Assembly (NCBI RefSeq): GCF_000007005.1
Contig: NC_002754.1
Reading direction: 5' to 3' (one strand)
DNA length: 64,000 bases
Source of the DNA: Saccharolobus solfataricus P2
Lineage (GTDB): Archaea > Thermoproteota > Thermoprotei_A > Sulfolobales > Sulfolobaceae
In this document: in pieces, positions 61,622 through 64,000 of the stretch
Position numbering within the stretch: the first letter of the stretch is position 1
Layout of the letters: the number at the start of each line of letters is the position of its first letter
Translations under genes and position numbers: made by a program
The notes under the pieces: generated by a model
Seen by the model: the letters and a program-made list of their open reading frames with translations, nothing else
What the model was told of the DNA's origin: nothing
Database searches by the model: none

Positions 61622-64000
61622 TTAAAATTCAATCTCTTCATTTTCCCTTAAAGCAACGTCAATTCCATTTATTTTACCTTTAAACTTTCCATGATAAATC
61701 CTCATCCTTATCTTTCCATTGTTAATAGTTAGTAAACCCCATGCTGTAGGAAGGAGTAATATCCATTTCAAATTCTTCCGTTTGTCTATATTAACGTCAT
61801 TATTCAGCAAGTTAACCCTTATACCCTCAATTGCGTGAACGATATTTATAGCAACTAATGGTCTCATATATCTTGCACCCCATTTGAGATGATTCCAGAA
61901 ATTACCGGCTAATTCATACCTTTCATAAACATTCCTCAAAATCTTCTTAGCATATTCGTCGAAACCATTATAGAACATATGTGAAGCTAGGTAATATTCT
62001 ATTCCACTCCAAGGTGTCTTAGACTGTACTGAGAGTTTAACTCCCAATGGTGTAATCTCTTTATTTGAGGACCCATTCTTAACGCCCTCTTCTTCAGTAT
62101 AATTATACTTAATTATTGAGGAGAATATGGATTTCCGCTTCTCATGGTCTAAAAATTCCGGAAGACCCAACAACTGAACATACCAGTCGCCAGTCATTTG
62201 AGAAGCATTTAAGGAATCATCTCTTAGATTCGAAATAGGATCATACCAGTTTATATAATACTCCCCATTCCATAAGTATTTATTAACCTTTTCTGTTAAC
62301 TCTTTAACCTCGTAGTTATGAAGGTTATTAAGTAGTTTTGATGCCTCATTTAGTGCTTCCAGCGCAGCTATCCATAAAAAGGATACGTAAGGAGAAAAGC
62401 CTAACCATGACCAATCATCTAGTGTTTGCATTGATAAGGCTAAAGTGTGATAGCCCAAAATCTTGTGAGCGTCGCTAACTTTTAACATGTTGTTCACATG
62501 TCTCATCCACTCTATTCCAGATGGTAATGTAAGGTAAGGCAAACCATCTAAGGTCTGTGTTCTCATAATGCTTTCAATTGCGTTCCTAGCAACCTCATAA
62601 ACACTCGTTAGAAACTCCCTATCACCGGTGTATTTAGCTATTAAATAATAGAGTAACACAAATTCCGGGTTGATATCTACCCTCTCATAAGTGTCTACTG
62701 TTAATGAGTGGCGAATATAATGAGGCATTCTACCCTTAGGATCCTTGCCTGTTTCCTTTATAATTTTCTTTATTGTATCATATAATTTTTTCAGATCAGT
62801 ACTTATAGTTGGATCCTTCTTAACCTCTTCCTTGTACTTCATTAAATTCTCTGGGAATGCTAGTGAAAATAAAACGTATTCTGGGGTATCCTCCTTTAAT
62901 GCCCTATTGGAAAGATCCCTTACGATATTCTTAGCCAATTCAGGAAATAGTAACATTACTCCCGGCAGTGCATATAACAGTACGTCTATAGTGTTTAATG
63001 CAGTATTTTCTGGACCTCCTGTATAAGGATATTTTCCAACTTTCCTATAATCTGAGGTATCGAAATATCCTTCCCATATTCCAAAGAATCCATCTTTAGT
63101 TAGCCAAGTACTTTTAACAAGGGTAGCTATTTGTGCTCCAATTAAATCAACAATCCACGATTCTATACCTTCTGCATTATAAAATAAATCGTGGAACTGC
63201 GTAGTCTTCTCCTCTAGGTAGTTTAGATTGTTCACAACGTAATCCATTACTTCTTCACAACTGTTAAAGAAGTTCTCGTAATAATGCCCAACTTTTCTGC
63301 CATCTTTAAGTACAAAATTAGGGAAGAACCAAGTGATTATGAAAGTTAAATCGTTTCCCTTACCACTTACGATTCCTAGATTATCTCCTTTTTTCTTCAC
63401 TAAACTATTAGACCTATAATCATCCCAGAAGTCGAAAATTTGATTATAAGCGATAGCTGATACGTCTTCTCCTATTACCTTTATGCATAGATTCCCTTGA
63501 TATCTAGGATCATCAGATGTCGTTTCTCCTTTGAAGATTACCATGTCCTCCTTAATCTCTATCTGACCTTTCTCAAATGGATTGTTAACTCCGAAGAAGA
63601 ATCTTGTATTCTTCTCACTGTTGAATTTAAATATTGCTACAGGTAAGGAAGAGTTCCTTACGTCTAATGGTATTAACGGTGAGAATGCCTTTAGCTTCAC
63701 TTTATTATCGTAATTTAGGTAAGCCATTGGTGGTTCTCCTATAAACTCAATTTCCCTTATCGGCCTTATCCAAGGTCTTGTATAGGGGTTCGCACCAAAG
63801 TAATAATCGTATGCTTGGAGAATTCTAACCGTTTTTTGCTCTTCATATGCGAAGAAGGAGTCGAATTCAGTCAAAAAATATCTATACCTATCCTCATTTC
63901 TCTCCGCAATTCCTCCGTTGTTAAATATAGTCCATGAGTAAAGTCTGCCATCGGCTCTTATTTCCATGGATCCAGTACCAATTCCACCAAGAGGAACTCC
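61622..64000 (-). CDS. GH116 beta-glucosidase/beta-N-acetylglucosaminidase; 5' end lies beyond the window
   Basis: The frame stays open to the window edge (GVPLGGIGTGS|MEIRADG); WEG, DDW and PWSGIEY motifs. Confidence 0.92.
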   Translation of the reverse strand, partial: GVPLGGIGTGSMEIRADGRLYSWTIFNNGGIAERNEDRYRYFLTEFDSFFAYEEQKTVRILQAYDYYFGANPYTRPWIRPIREIEFIGEPPMAYLNYDNKVKLKAFSPLIPLDVRNSSLPVAIFKFNSEKNTRFFFGVNNPFEKGQIEIKEDMVIFKGETTSDDPRYQGNLCIKVIGEDVSAIAYNQIFDFWDDYRSNSLVKKKGDNLGIVSGKGNDLTFIITWFFPNFVLKDGRKVGHYYENFFNSCEEVMDYVVNNLNYLEEKTTQFHDLFYNAEGIESWIVDLIGAQIATLVKSTWLTKDGFFGIWEGYFDTSDYRKVGKYPYTGGPENTALNTIDVLLYALPGVMLLFPELAKNIVRDLSNRALKEDTPEYVLFSLAFPENLMKYKEEVKKDPTISTDLKKLYDTIKKIIKETGKDPKGRMPHYIRHSLTVDTYERVDINPEFVLLYYLIAKYTGDREFLTSVYEVARNAIESIMRTQTLDGLPYLTLPSGIEWMRHVNNMLKVSDAHKILGYHTLALSMQTLDDWSWLGFSPYVSFLWIAALEALNEASKLLNNLHNYEVKELTEKVNKYLWNGEYYINWYDPISNLRDDSLNASQMTGDWYVQLLGLPEFLDHEKRKSIFSSIIKYNYTEEEGVKNGSSNKEITPLGVKLSVQSKTPWSGIEYYLASHMFYNGFDEYAKKILRNVYERYELAGNFWNHLKWGARYMRPLVAINIVHAIEGIRVNLLNNDVNIDKRKNLKWILLLPTAWGLLTINNGKIRMRIYHGKFKGKINGIDVALRENEEIEF

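Noticed and set aside
61622-63967. ATG 63967 as the GH116 start
   Set aside because: The frame continues through the conserved GVPLGGIGTG motif to the window edge, so the true start is outside.

Overview
AT-rich archaeal (Sulfolobales) chromosomal DNA. I recognise the proteins as the Saccharolobus (Sulfolobus) solfataricus P2-type region around SSO2985-SSO3039; the locus tags and IS names are from memory and were not database-checked. The first ~16 kb carries housekeeping and accessory genes: the classical mevalonate pair pmk/mvd, an NRAMP-related transporter, a 3-hydroxyacyl-CoA dehydrogenase, an enolase-family dehydratase, the thermosome gamma subunit, a HAS-like GT2 and glucose dehydrogenase. 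The remaining ~47 kb is a carbohydrate-utilisation island with glycosidases (GH38, GH5, GH1 lacS, GH31 xylS, GH3, GH2, GH116), two MFS transporters, four Gfo/Idh/MocA dehydrogenases, two TIM-barrel sugar isomerase/lyase-like genes, an AKR, an SDR, an amidohydrolase, a DapA-like aldolase, an orphan molybdoenzyme large subunit and an ABC exporter-DUF1854-like fusion. The window contains eight IS elements (three 1439-bp ISC1439 copies, ISC1078, a four-element nest at 44.2-48.7 kb) plus an ISC1212-like remnant and a 328-bp MITE. Three IS/MITE-split genes can be rebuilt in frame. Items missed by the ORF track: a promoter-led hairpin enclosing a four-G-tract (G-quadruplex-type) motif at 23.94-24.01 kb, a decayed sugar-binding-protein gene with an ara-box promoter, and a 54-aa small ORF. 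I saw no tRNA, rRNA or CRISPR array.
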